DNA of 63,963 nt, counting the filler, from Bigelowiella natans CCMP2755 (lineage: Eukaryota; Protista; Cercozoa): assembly GCA_000320545.1 (NCBI GenBank). It is 6 parts of 6 records of this genome, joined end to end, with 100 filler letters (N's around TTAATTAATTAA, not from the genome) between each part and the next. Parts side by side here need not be neighbours in the genome. Positions count along the whole stretch, not along the records: positions 39,889 to 56,445 come from ADNK01003474.1; 5 more parts are not named here. One strand, given 5' to 3'. This document shows, one piece after another, positions 39,910 to 51,900 of the stretch. Made by a program: the position numbers and the translations under genes. The stretch's first letter is position 1. Each line of letters starts with the position of its first letter. The notes beneath the pieces were generated by a model. It was not told where the DNA came from, searched no databases, and saw only the letters and a program-made list of their open reading frames with translations.

Positions 39910-41850
39910 TCATTCAAATAACGCATTAACGCTTGACTCAGAGGTCCACTCGTCAAGCCGTATCATGTTCTGGCTGATGGTCCTGCCTGACTTCTTTGGC
40001 AACTTAGCAAAGTATATCTTGTGATTGTAGAATGATATGATCCCCCCTAATTTTTCTAGGGCATCCTGTCCGAGGAGTAGTTCCATGGATAAAGTCATGG
40101 CTACTCGGGTCTTGATTTGGGTCTCCGCGTCGCTGCCAGGTATCTGTAGCTTTAGCATTAGCTCACCGACGGTCTTCATGGAAGAGCTTCCGTCTGCTTG
40201 AGCATATTTACGTTCTTTCTTAGTCACTTGATCCAATAGTCCTAACCTTCTTACTGTGCTTAGGCTTATGAAGGACTTCGGCATGCTGCCACTATCCCAA
40301 AGGGCAGGTAGTTTCTTGTAGTCTCCGTAGCTGTCTTTAACTTTAACCTTGGTCATAGCAACTTTGATAGTCCTGTTAGCGTCTTCGTCATTAATGTTGC
40401 ATACTCCTAAGTTCTTTATGTCGTCTAGGGTCATGGGCTTGTCTTGGTCCTGCGTTGCTGGTACTGCTGTCTTCGTCGGCGCCTGCTTAAGGTGATCTAA
40501 TATTCCGTTTATCTGCTGCTGTATAGCATTGATACTGTTCTGCTTTTTGTTCTTATATTTATTGTTCTTCCCGTTGTTGCTGCCTTGCCATTTGCTGTTG
40601 TTATATCCTTGTCCTCTGCCTTTCTTTCTCTTTAACTTCTCGTAGTGTTCGTTGAGCTGCCTGATCGTCATCCTGGGTCGTCCTTCTTTCCTGTCTCTGC
40701 AGTCTTTAGCGGTGTGTTTCCCTTTACGTGAGCAGTATCCGCAACGTCGGTTACCTTCCCTGTCCTTGTACCAGTCTCGCTGCGGCTTAATAGCGTTAAT
40801 GTTTCCTATGCCAGGTACCTTAGGGCTGGTAAACTTGCGGTCCTGCTCCTGCTCGCGTAGGGATATAGCCTGCACTGCTGCCTCCATCGTGGTGTAGCCT
40901 TTCTCCGTAACGTAAGTGGATTCCTTTATCTTTAACTTGAACTCTTCAAACCTTGCCTGATCATCACCTGTGTTGTAATTAAAATCATGTAGTTCGTCGA
41001 TCATATCCTGGAAGCGCGTGGCAAAGTCTCTAACAGGTTCTCTCTCATGCTGCATCATTGCTCTGTATTTTCTAATAGCCTGGGGTAGGGAGTTAGCATC
41101 CTGTTCATTTACAAAAGCCTTCATTATCGCCTCAACGTCTCGTAGCCCACTAACTGTAGTGTGTATTTTCTCTAGCTGCCTGATCCGGGTCCTGCCTGTC
41201 TCGTAAAGGTCCATGGCTTGCTTTATTATAGCTAGCCATTTGAGCTTGTCGTTTTCGGTGGGGTTAGGGGTAAAGTCGCAGAGTATACTCCTAGCGTTCT
41301 TCCACCACCTCCTTGCCTCACCTCTTTTCCCGTTGTATTTCGTTATCATAACCGGTGCTGTTTTAACAGACATGAACTGGGTGTTCCGCTGTACCGGCTG
41401 CTGCTGCTTGACGGTGCTCTGGGTCGTCCCCCGCGAGGCGCCCAGACCCCCGTCGTTCCTAAACAAAGCTGCCCACTCTGGAGGTAAGTCTGCTTCGTAA
41501 TCCATGATGTCCTGCATGATAGCTGCCCAAACATCATGTGTCTGATACTTGTATTCTATCGATACTTTCAGTTTGGCGTAGTTGCTCGCCCTGGGTCGCA
41601 AGGCTCGTAATGCCATTACGACCTTCTTGCTTTCGGCGGCCACGTCCTCGTCGTCCGCCTCGTAGAAGTTCTCCAGTGCCTCTGCTGCTGCATCTGCTTT
41701 CTTAATCCCGGGTGCTGGTCCCGGCGGTGCCTGTGGAGGTGTTCCTCCTCCTTCCTTAGCGTCCGTATCGCCCTTCCTTTCCTGTTTCTGCTCGTGCCCT
41801 TGCACGGCCTGCGAGCCAAAGTCCTGCTGTTCTTCTAGCTGCTGTGACAT
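39910..41850 (-). CDS. gag: Gag-aspartic protease polyprotein (646 aa)
   Basis: Capsid-like KYNGKRGEARRWW and QHEREPVRDFATRF; knuckle CGYCSRKGKHTAKDC; retropepsin ALWDSGS...ADGSSSMKTVGE...LLLGQDALEKLG. Confidence 0.9.
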   Translation of the reverse strand: MSQQLEEQQDFGSQAVQGHEQKQERKGDTDAKEGGGTPPQAPPGPAPGIKKADAAAEALENFYEADDEDVAAESKKVVMALRALRPRASNYAKLKVSIEYKYQTHDVWAAIMQDIMDYEADLPPEWAALFRNDGGLGASRGTTQSTVKQQQPVQRNTQFMSVKTAPVMITKYNGKRGEARRWWKNARSILCDFTPNPTENDKLKWLAIIKQAMDLYETGRTRIRQLEKIHTTVSGLRDVEAIMKAFVNEQDANSLPQAIRKYRAMMQHEREPVRDFATRFQDMIDELHDFNYNTGDDQARFEEFKLKIKESTYVTEKGYTTMEAAVQAISLREQEQDRKFTSPKVPGIGNINAIKPQRDWYKDREGNRRCGYCSRKGKHTAKDCRDRKEGRPRMTIRQLNEHYEKLKRKKGRGQGYNNSKWQGSNNGKNNKYKNKKQNSINAIQQQINGILDHLKQAPTKTAVPATQDQDKPMTLDDIKNLGVCNINDEDANRTIKVAMTKVKVKDSYGDYKKLPALWDSGSMPKSFISLSTVRRLGLLDQVTKKERKYAQADGSSSMKTVGELMLKLQIPGSDAETQIKTRVAMTLSMELLLGQDALEKLGGIISFYNHKIYFAKLPKKSGRTISQNMIRLDEWTSESSVNALFE

Positions 41851-41866
41851 TGTTAGTCAAATCGTT

Positions 41867-41884
41867 TCCCGTGTGTGGAAGCCA
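41867..41884 (-). other. Putative primer-binding site (tRNA-Glu/Asp-like 3' end)
   Basis: The + strand reads TCCCGTGTGTGGAAGCCA, a tRNA-like 3' end with CCA, 5 nt from the putative LTR end and 16 nt upstream of the gag ATG. Confidence 0.65.
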
Positions 41885-41889
41885 AAGGT

Positions 41890-42164
41890 TGTTGCGCGTA
41901 AGGTGTTCACAGGCCGAGGCGCTACGTGCACAAGTAGGCAGGGGGGGGGAAAGGCACGTTTGCTTCCTTTTGAAGAGTTGTGTTTATTTTTATTAAAGAT
42001 TATATTTTTATTAAATCGTGCACTGCGTAATCATTCGCGAAGCTTTCGCGAATGCCGCCGCACGTGGGGCAGCACACTTCCGGTGTGCTGCCATGAGTCC
42101 CGCCGGAACCCACGTGCCTATGCTGTATTAATATCTACGTTATCTATATTCTATATCCGCGACA
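41890..42164 (-). repeat. Putative 5' LTR
   Basis: Termini TGTCGCG...CGCAACA (imperfect inverted repeat), AATAAA ~100 nt before the end, CACGTG boxes. The second LTR is not in the window, so this is unconfirmed. Confidence 0.6.
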
Positions 42165-43109
42165 ACCCCTTTGTTGTCGCACGTGACTTGTGCCCGCGTA
42201 GTGGTACGCGCTACAAGCTAGCTAGCTAGACAGCTGTGCAGCAGAACCATGCACCATGCCCCACATTTCATTTCCCATCTACAATCAGTAGCAAAATTTG
42301 CGAAAATGCGCAACATGAAAATTTGCCTACTGACGACCTACTGCTGAACTGAATTGCTAGAATGACATGGCAAAATCACAGGCATGTCACGTGTCTTTTG
42401 TGAAAACAATCTTGTTGAAAATGACACAGCAAAATCCACAGCAGAGCATCACGCCATCGCTACATCTTGAATGTTGTATTTGGTAATTATACCTGCAGGC
42501 CAGGCAGATCTGGCAAGACCATGTACCGATTACTCGTTTCGCATCTCCCTCACTCACCACCCCCCGCACGCTCTTTCCACAATTTCTCTTCTCATCCTTC
42601 TCTTCCTTTCAGCCCTCAGTTCCTCCCTTCTCGAGTGGCTAGCTATTATACTATGTAGCTAGGTGGGCATGCTAGCATGATGATCATCATCGATCATTCT
42701 TGCCAACGTTGTGTGGCGTTCTAGTGTTGTGCCGCAGCAGAAGAACATGTAAGTCTAGCTAGCACAGCCCACTGTTGAACTGCTGCACGCACGCTCTAGC
42801 GCTGCTAGCTCGCATCGCTAGCTTCTCGCATGCATTGTCCGATACTTGCTGCTGTGTGAAAAAATGTGTTTGTGCCCGGCGCCAGATGCACATCGCAAGA
42901 ACTCATTTCAGCGGACACGCAGCGTGGAAAAGTGCGGAGCACAAATTTAACAGTCATGAGAGTAGCATCAACTATGCATGAAAGCAATGAGGTCCCGGCA
43001 CGCATCATAGCTGCATTACTAGCTACGACTTGCAACTACATCAGACACACAATGCATGTAAGTGTGATATATATACGTACTGTGGATTACATGCGAGAGC
43101 TTGTGCATA

Positions 43110-43540
43110 TTAGTAGAGTGATGTCTCGTAGCCCTCCGGCTCAATGGCCTCCACCGCACTAACCTGCGATAAATGGACATGACATGTAAGATTTTCAACG
43201 AGCGCCTCAGTGTTCCTTCGATTCTAGCAGTGGCAAGTGATACGTGTGCACATATATCAGCATCAGGGCGAGTTTCCTTCCTCATTCGCCCCCTTCCTTA
43301 TTAGTCCCCTTCCTCCCGACTATCATCATCATCATCATCATCATCACCATCTTCATCTTTATGAATTATGTTTGGGTGAGTCAGCAACCTCAGGTATGTA
43401 ATGCTTTAGCATATTCTCAATTCCCTGCACACACGCAGATAGTAGAGCAAGCAACCATCATGAGAGACCAGGGGTACTCCTTCTCGTCCACCGATAGAAT
43501 CCGGGGGAAGAAATATTTAAGGAATAATCGAAACCCTCGT

Positions 43541-43583
<43 letters not shown>

Positions 43584-43678
43584 CTCGTGCACAATTTTTA
43601 CCATTTTGAGAGTGACAGAAGATGAAGGGCAGCCAACACAGCTTCCTTGCAGCTGCACCTAACAGACAGAAGAGGAGG

Positions 43679-43744
<66 letters not shown>

Positions 43745-44607
43745 GAGGGAGGCATTTAGACACCATGATAACGAATGAACATCAACAAGCCCAGAGGAGA
43801 TAGATAGTCCATCGCGTTGTTTCTCTTCTTTGCAGCACGTGGCAAGCTTGCTGCCTTCTCACCTTCACGATCCCGTCCTCGAAACCTCGGTAAGCGATGT
43901 CCTGCAAGCAGTGATAGTGACGGTGATAAAACGAATGGTGGTGGTGGTGGTGGTGGTGGTGGTGGTACTGCTGCTGATGATGATGACAATAGACGCCACA
44001 ATGTCAAAGGACTAAGCTAAAGAACTATCGGGTAGATATCCCATCTCTTCCCTATTCCTTGCCTCAATTCTTCCTCCAGCCCTAACCCTAACCCTAACCC
44101 TCACCCTAACCTATCTCTTCCCTATTTCTTGCCTCAGTTCTTCCTCCCCTTGCTATCTATGGCTCCTTGTCATTCTTCTTTTTCTCCCTCTTCTTCTTCT
44201 TCTTCTTCTTCTTCTTCTTCTTCTTCTTCCTTTCTCACCCCCCCATCCTCCTGCACAGCCGGCCTAATCCGGCTTTCCAGCAGCTCCTTGATCATTGCCA
44301 CCACTGACAGCAGCGAAAAGAGAGAAACAGAAGCATAAAAACGACGGCAGACACAAGGGAGACTGGAGCGAGGGGGGAGGAGGGGGGTAGACGGGTATGC
44401 TATGGAAAATATAATGTAGCTGCAGCTTTGCTTGATTTAATGAGTAAACAGCCGGGTACTGCAAGTTTTACGGCTGCCCAAGTCTGATGATAGGATTTCT
44501 GTACCTTCGTCGTCGTCATCGTAAATCTCAGTGCCTTCATGAACGTGCAAAACAAATGAAAGGTGGACACGCGCTGTCAGTGGACTGGAATCGACTTGGG
44601 GAATTGA

Positions 44608-44644
<37 letters not shown>

Positions 44645-44935
44645 TATGAAAAGTATGTAGGTAACCTGCAGTGTCCTTGACGTCCTCTTCATTCGCGATC
44701 ACTGAGGCTCCGCTAATGATAGGAAATAGCACAGTAGGAATCGTTGACTTTTTATAGGCATATTTTATCGTCGCATCGGTACATGTTATAATCTAGTTGG
44801 TTTCGATCACAGCCGACGAGCGCTGACCTCTGGAAGAACTCCATGATCTGTGCATACACTTCTGGCTTTATCGTGTGCCACCTAAGAAAAAATCACAGCA
44901 CCCAAAAGCGTTATGATGAGGAGGGGGAGAGAGAA

Positions 44936-44968
<33 letters not shown>

Positions 44969-46079
44969 TAGAGAGAGATGGAGTCGAATGCTTCATGCAC
45001 GAAGGGCAGCAGGGTTCTATCGTGATTACGCACAGTTCCTCCTCCGTAATCGTGACAGAAATGAAGTCGTTGGCCAAGAAGATATTGACAACTCCCTACA
45101 GCACAATATGTGTGTTGAAAAATTATGGACGTGATGATGATGATGATGATGATGATGACAATGATGATAAGGAGCAAGAAGATGCCATCCCCGCTTTTCT
45201 GCCAGAGAATCTCCGGGAAACTACAGCTCTACAGCTTACTTTTGCTCGTATCACAGAAGCATTTCTACTTCCCCTCTAAACTATTAAATCGAAGTATCTG
45301 ATTTGATTTGATCTCATCCACACCCCTCTTCATTAATGGCAACGACAACACACCTCGATTCCGAACAGTCTTTTCGCAAGGGGGGAGACCCCTGCGGCAG
45401 CTTTGTCCGAGAAATCCATCGCACCGTCCTACAAGACTACTATCAGCAAGAGATGCTTGATGTGGTTGTGGACAAAAGAAAGAGAAAAAAAAACCGAAAA
45501 TTTGTTTTGCCTTTAAAAACCCCCCCCCCCCCCCCCCCCCCCCCTCCCTCATCATCACTACCTCGAGCACCACACGGCCTGGGTAGAACTTCAAGCTCTG
45601 CATTAGGAAAATGAAAATTGACACTGAAGAATATTCATCTCGACAGCAAATACGCGAAGCAATGGGAGAGCCGCGGCACTCGCAACGCATTTCTAAAGAC
45701 AGCACAACAAGCTCGATGGTAGCTGCTTTCGAACCTTCAAAAGTACCTTCGGATTCGGCGTGTCCTTGGTCTCAATAAACAGAGAACGCTTCTGCTGGCC
45801 GATTGTTTTCCTGGCTCTACTCTCCCTGATATAAACCGGAGGGTAAGTAAAAGCACCGAGTAAAAAGTGCGTGTAGAGAGTTAATCAAGTAGTTATTGTT
45901 TACAGATAGGAAGGAGAGAAGAATCCCCATCGCTCCCTCGATACTAGTGACGTAAGGGACCGAATTCCATGAGGAAGACATAGAGAGCGAAGAAGGGATC
46001 TGCCGTTTGCCCTTCTTCCCACGGCGAAGGAGGATTTGCCTCCCAGGATTCGTAAAGCACGTGCAAGGCTGGTCGCCAT
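43110..46079 (-). CDS. NFU1: Mitochondrial NFU1 Fe-S cluster scaffold/carrier
   Basis: Arg/Ser-rich transit peptide MATSLARALRILGG...; [116 protein letters not shown]. Confidence 0.96.
44080..44111. repeat. Interstitial telomeric repeat (CCCTAA)~5 in an NFU1 intron
   Basis: CCCTAA CCCTAA CCCTAA CCCTCA CCCTAA CC. Confidence 0.8.
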
Positions 46080-46502
46080 TCTTGCAAAATTTGAGGCTGC
46101 AGATGGGAAGTTCTTATGAGTAAAATTTTTCTAAATTTCTTATGAAGTATGCGGCTTTAAATTTTGTCTAAATGTCAACCCAGGACACCAGGAGTGATTT
46201 TGGCCAGGATTTCAGGGAAAAGCCACGTTTGGTCTAAATTTCCACCGAAGTTCTGGGAACATCCTTTTGTCCAGATCTCATCTTTTTAGGGGATTTTGGA
46301 CTTGCCTCAGATTTGGCAGATTCCGTCCATAAACGGCATTCTTTTTTCATCTACGACAAGGTGAAAAGTGAATTCTTTTCTAGGAATCCCAGCCATTTTG
46401 GATCACAACTTCCGACCCAATTCGTCGGAATCGCGGGAAAGGGTATCGCTGCAGGCCCGGGGGGGGTTCGAGAGAACTCATCAGCATTCCCATTCGGCAC
46501 CA

Positions 46503-47265
46503 TGCTGAGGAGGAGCTTCAGCAAGATCCAGCCTAGAAGGGTCACAACCGGGAAAATTCAACGTCGTACAGGATTCATTATCACATGCTATGGTTTTCAG
46601 AAATGCAAGGACAAAGTCAACTACACGGCGGAGAAGAAATACGAAAAGATGTCATTCGCGCACCCCAAGAAGCCCTTGAAGAAAGCCACTCATCCGGGCA
46701 ACACTAGACATCGACCTACAGTGGACGTCATCAGCTGTGTAGACGGCAACCAGAATAACCTCCGAAAGAACGAAGACGACGATGACCCGGAAACAATACA
46801 TTTGGTGGACGCGGGTGAGGTTCTAATGTACTTCGGCAAACTTGACCCCCTTGAGCGAACGCAGTGTATGTCCCATTCACAGAATCTCTTCGATTTGCGG
46901 AGATGTTCATTGGAGAGATTGAGGTTGGACATATCTCGTGACATCGCACTGTTTGTCAGTAATGGTAAATGACAGCACTGATGCGGCACGCCGTGTGGCA
47001 TTAGGGGGCCGCGATAGGAACGGCCTTGGCGCTCTCATCCTTCGGAATGAGCCGGAAGCGACTGCGGGCTCGTGAGTGTAGGAAGAAGTTGAAGGAAGTG
47101 GAGCGCAAGCGGAACTCAATCCTTCGAGAGGCCGAGAGGCAAAGCAAGGAGAACATCAAGCGCCGGAAGAAGAGGAGGAAATCCGCGGGGGGGAAAAAGA
47201 CAACCAAAGCTTCTTTCTCTGACAAGCCATGCCCAGGCTGCCGAGTCAAGGTTAGGCCCGTGTAG
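46503..47265 (+). CDS. Small basic protein of unknown function, divergent from NFU1
   Basis: Open GT-AG-bounded exons ending in K/R-rich RECRKKLKEVERKRNS...KRRKKRRK...CPGC; the model is tentative. Confidence 0.4.
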
Positions 47266-47789
47266 ACGGTCAAGGGCAGATATAGTAACAGCAAGTAAGA
47301 TGTAGTACTCCGAATCGTGAAATGTGTACGTCACTGCGGTCGTACGCTCTAGCTAGCTACACCGCAGGATATTGTCGCGTGCTGTTGTAGATTGTGTTGA
47401 AATGTGCTGAATCTGCCCCTTCTAGAAGCTACCGCCCTGCGCGCACGACGAGCTAAACAGCTGAACCGGTCAGGTTTTCGACGAGGAGATGTGGAAGTTC
47501 GGGACAATCAAATCGGTGACTAAGGTGTGCAGATTACTCAATACATAGAACCTCCTAGATCCAATAGTCGCTGCTTTGAGACACCTTACGTATGAACCGC
47601 GTTGCATTTGTGGAAGGTTGGCACGGAAAACGATCAACGCTTGCGGTGGTTGCTCGAAATCCAATTTGCTGCCGGAGATAAGGTGGGGAGCATTATATTT
47701 CATTCCTTACTAGTGCACCGCAGTGGTGGGTCATGAGGTGGATTGAAAGAAGTTTTTAGCGCTGCCTGTGTGAGGCGAACTCGTTGATG

Positions 47790-47830
47790 GATTTCCTCTC
47801 TTGGCGAAGATTTCCTCTCTTGGCGAAGAT
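47790..47830. repeat. 19-bp tandem duplication
   Basis: GATTTCCTCTCTTGGCGAA x2. Confidence 0.9.
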
Positions 47831-48998
47831 CCATCCGCGCTATTTCGAATCGCAATAACGCACACTTACAAAAACGTCATGTTGATAGTTATATACAGCT
47901 TGTTTCGTGTTGATGGCAGGGCCGATTCGAATTTCCGGACCAAGACATAAGACTTCACTATGCTTGAGCAAACATGGGTATAGTAACGTATAGCACGTTA
48001 TGCTAGCCTTAGACTGGCTGCGGCTGCTTCAGCGTATATAGTATATGTATAGATGTCTAGATGTGCTTTCTCTCGCTAATTATTATTCCTCTCTCGATGC
48101 TCCATATCGTGCCTCTTCTAGCTCTTCCATCATCGCAGGCATTCAATATAATTTAATCTTCAGATGATCTAGCATTGGGATTCTTACCTACGACCATACC
48201 ATCCATGCATGCCTAGATGCGCGTGTGCAGCTCCATCTAGCAATGCCTAGTAGCGCAAAAGCGATGATAGTGTGCGACGCGTACAGTTAGAAGCTAGCAT
48301 GCATGCGCTATATATAACGCAGATACCACATACTAGTAGGCCACCTAGCCACGCTTGATAAATTCGGCAGACGACACTCTAGCATATAGCATAGCACTAC
48401 GCGTTATATTGCTAGATTGTCTATTTGCTAGCTATAGTAGCGAACGACTGGCGGGCGCGATATGTAGCAAGCGGATTTAAGCAGAGATCGCAACGCACAC
48501 TTCTAGCTCTAGAGCTAGACATCACAATGTATCTCTACATGTGCACGCTTACGGTAAACACTGTGTCATCTGCTGCTATGTATGTAGGTTTTAGTACATG
48601 CCTTTTGTACATCTATTGTTGAAAGCGCGAGCGGCTTCCACAATAGTTATTCGAAGAGCTCCGCGGTTTTCATGTTATTCCGTAGACGAATACGAAGTCG
48701 ATGGAACTAGAGAGGAAAACAAGTTTTCACAAATGGCATTTCACGTAATTTTCGTTTCCGTCGAATCGCGCAAGATACCACCCCCCCTTTTCTTGACGTG
48801 CACAATGAGGCTAACACGTATATATTTTATATTGGAATACACACAAGGGTATCGTATCGTTTATTTTGCCTTCATGGAGGTACATTAGCAGCTTGGCGCC
48901 CGATAATATCTAACACTCGCCTTGTGCTAGCGTCACTTCCCTTGATGAAGAGATGGCGTACTTTGACTGTAGAATTGAGACTTCCTCGTGCCTACCCT

Positions 48999-51900
48999 CT
49001 ACTCTCTTCCCAACGATTCTATCTTCTCAAGGAACCCCTCCCAAGTCAACGACTGCACACGAGCCAATTGATTCGAATGCTCCTTCTTGGCAATGAAGAT
49101 CTGCATGTCCACACACACACACACACGATTTCAGCCATCATGGACGATCAAACGAATAATCTTGTTGGAAATTCAAAATTCGTACGTAATCAGAGTTGTT
49201 TCCGAGCTCCACGAATTTGCCACCCCCCATCTTCACAAAACTCCGGCATATCTTCAGGAGCTGAGCGTTCCTCTTCTCTGCCTCCTGATTGAATCCGCGC
49301 GTCACGCTGAAGTTCATCCCATCGAAGGGCTTCTTTGTGATCCTGCGGCCGTAGTCCTGCTCGTTCAAAAACCCTCCGGAAGATTTGCTCTGAGATGCAC
49401 ATCATTTTTATGATGATCTAAGGGGGGGTATTCATTCTCAGTGATGATAATGATGATGAAGATTATTATTAATAATATTATTGGTACTATAGAATTTGCT
49501 CAACATTAGTACCGCGGAGATCCAAGATTGGTCCATGACCCATATCCCTTTCAAAAGAGCCTTTAACAGCTTCGCGGTGCGCCCCTGCGCAATGCAGTGG
49601 GTGACGTCTGGAAAACAACAGGAACAAACAGCGCAATACATCAACGCGTCAGAACAACGAAGGTCTCAAAAAAACTTGATCTGACTCACCGCTCGAGAAG
49701 GATCCATGCCGAACAGTTCCTCCGAGTACCTCTATTGCCTCTTTGAGCTCGTTCAGCTCCGACCCTTCTTTGTAACCGGTCAGCAAGATGATCCTGTTTC
49801 GCTGCGTCACCTCAACAACGTCCTCGCACGGCTCCATCTGCCTGTCTAGCAAAGCCTGCATCTCGTCGATCCTCTTGTTCTTCGCCGCCATCTCGCGCTC
49901 GTGGCTCGCGTTGAGTTCCGATAGCTTCAGCCGCTCCCGTTCAGCTAGTTGCTCGAATCGCGACTGCAGCTCAGAGATCTTCGTTAACTGCTGCTGTTGC
50001 GTTTCGGCCTGCTGTTCCAGCCGCGATTGCAACTCGGAGATCTCCTGTATCTTTCCCGCCAATTTACGCCCGTGCTCCTCTTCCATTTCGGAGAGCTTCT
50101 GCTGCTGCTGCGTGAGACCCTCTTGCTGGCTGCTGACCAGGGATTTCAGTTCGTCGATCTTCGCCATTTTCTCCAAAGTGTTCTGTTGGTATTGCTCCTT
50201 GAGCGTGGACAGCTCGTTCAAGGCATCGGTCTTCATTTCTTTCAAGCCCTCTATTTGTGACAAGAAATCCTGTTGGCGCTTATCGAAGGTTTGTTGCGAC
50301 GCCTGCATTTCGGCTTTCAGTAATTGGTTCGAATCCCGCTCTGCCATGAGGGCGAATTTGCCTTCGGCACGCACTGAATTAATCTGGGCGTCTTTCTCTT
50401 CGGCAAGCTTCTCCATTTCGAGGTTCTTTCGGAGCGTAGCTTGTTTATTTCGGCCTCCTTTTCCGCTCGCAATCTTTCAATCGCATCCTCTGCTTCGGAC
50501 TGCGATTTCTCAAGTTCACTTTGCAGGGATGCACACTGTTCCTGGAAACGCGACCTCTCAACTTGTGCCTGCTGCAATTTAATATCCAATTCCTCGATTT
50601 CAGTCTTCCACTTTTCCATAGCCTCTTGGCCTTCGGCTGCAGCTTGACGAAGCTGCTCGATTTCTCCTCGTTGTTCCCCGGTTCGTCCATCATACTCTCT
50701 TCGTATCCGTGTCAGCTCTTCTTTTTTTTCGGAGATCTCCATCGTGGCTTCGCTGAGTTGCTTCTTCTTCTGTGCCAACAGTTCCTCGAGATCCCGAGCG
50801 CGCCGCTGCAAAATCACAATCTCTTCTGATTTTCCCGTACCAGCAGACTCGCTTGCTCCCGCTTCTACATTGAGCTGCTCAGATGCTTCATCATCCACGT
50901 TTTGGGGCTGCGCAGATGCCGTATTTCCTGTGTTTTTCCCATCCATAGACTCGGACGTTACCCCTTGTGTATTATGTGCAGCATCTTCTTCCATTTTTGG
51001 AGGGTCCTCTACTATCTCCGCGACTTCCTTCAATTCTGTGCCATCATCTACTTGCTTCGAGTCCATCCTTTCTTCACTACGCTCCGTATCCTCTTCCATT
51101 TTTGGAAGGTTCTCTACCATCCCCGCGGCTTCCCTGGATTCTGTGCCATCACCATCTTGCTTCGAATTCATTACTTCTTCATCTCCAAGAGTATTTTGGT
51201 TCGACGATGGCAGAGATTCGTCCAGTTGCCATACTGACACACTATCCGTTATTATCGGTTGAGACTGAGCCTCACTGAACTCATTTTTCTCTTCCAAAGT
51301 CTCCGCAACTTTCCTTGATTCTATGCCATCACCATCACCATCACCACCTTGCTTGGAATCGATCCTTTGTTCATCTCCAAGAGTGTTTTGGTTCGACGAC
51401 GGCAGAGATTCGTCTATTTGCGATACCGGTACGCCATCTGTTATGATCGGTTGAGATTGAGCCTCACTGTATTCATCTGCTTGGCCTTCTACTTCCTCGC
51501 CAACCTCAATTTCGTTTCGATCGTGATCCCCATGTTCGGGTTCCAGAGTATCCGGAAGCTCAACTTCTAAGCCCTTTTCCTCCTGGCCTTGCATATCCGA
51601 TGCGTCATTTTCCTCGATGTATATTCGCATTTTCTTTGCGTTCTTCAGGAGCTCCATCGGGACATTTTCCCTTATAGTACCCGTGTTGTCTACTACTTTC
51701 CTCTTTCGATTCTCATCGGTGGGCTTTGTATCGCTTTGTTTTGCTTCAGGAACAACGTCGCCGGTACGATTTTTTTTTTGCGTTTGTGTTGATCCTGGTT
51801 GGTTACACCTGAATAAAAGCAAATTAAGTAAAAAAGGAATTGAGGTGCAAACATTTGTCAAACCAGAGTTGCACTACCCTATGGATGCGGCTTCTTCCTC

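Larger units (their letters stand above)
39889..42164 (-). mobile_element. 5' end of a Ty3/gypsy-like LTR retrotransposon (LTR, PBS, gag-protease); pol lost in the gap
   Basis: Intronless gag-PR ORF preceded by a PBS-like TGGCTTCCACACACGGGA and a TG...CA-bounded ~275-bp segment containing AATAAA. Confidence 0.85.

Noticed and set aside
42060-42117. Hammerhead- or HDV-like ribozyme in the LTR (three-way junction, ATGAGTCC...GGA)
   Set aside because: The CUGANGA and GAAA core is incomplete, and no HDV pseudoknot pairing was found on either strand.
50415-50440. Programmed frameshift or pseudogenisation of the BRCT gene
   Set aside because: One missing A in an A-run restores LRSEKNLEMEKLAEE; the rest of the gene is intact and the assembly is error-prone.
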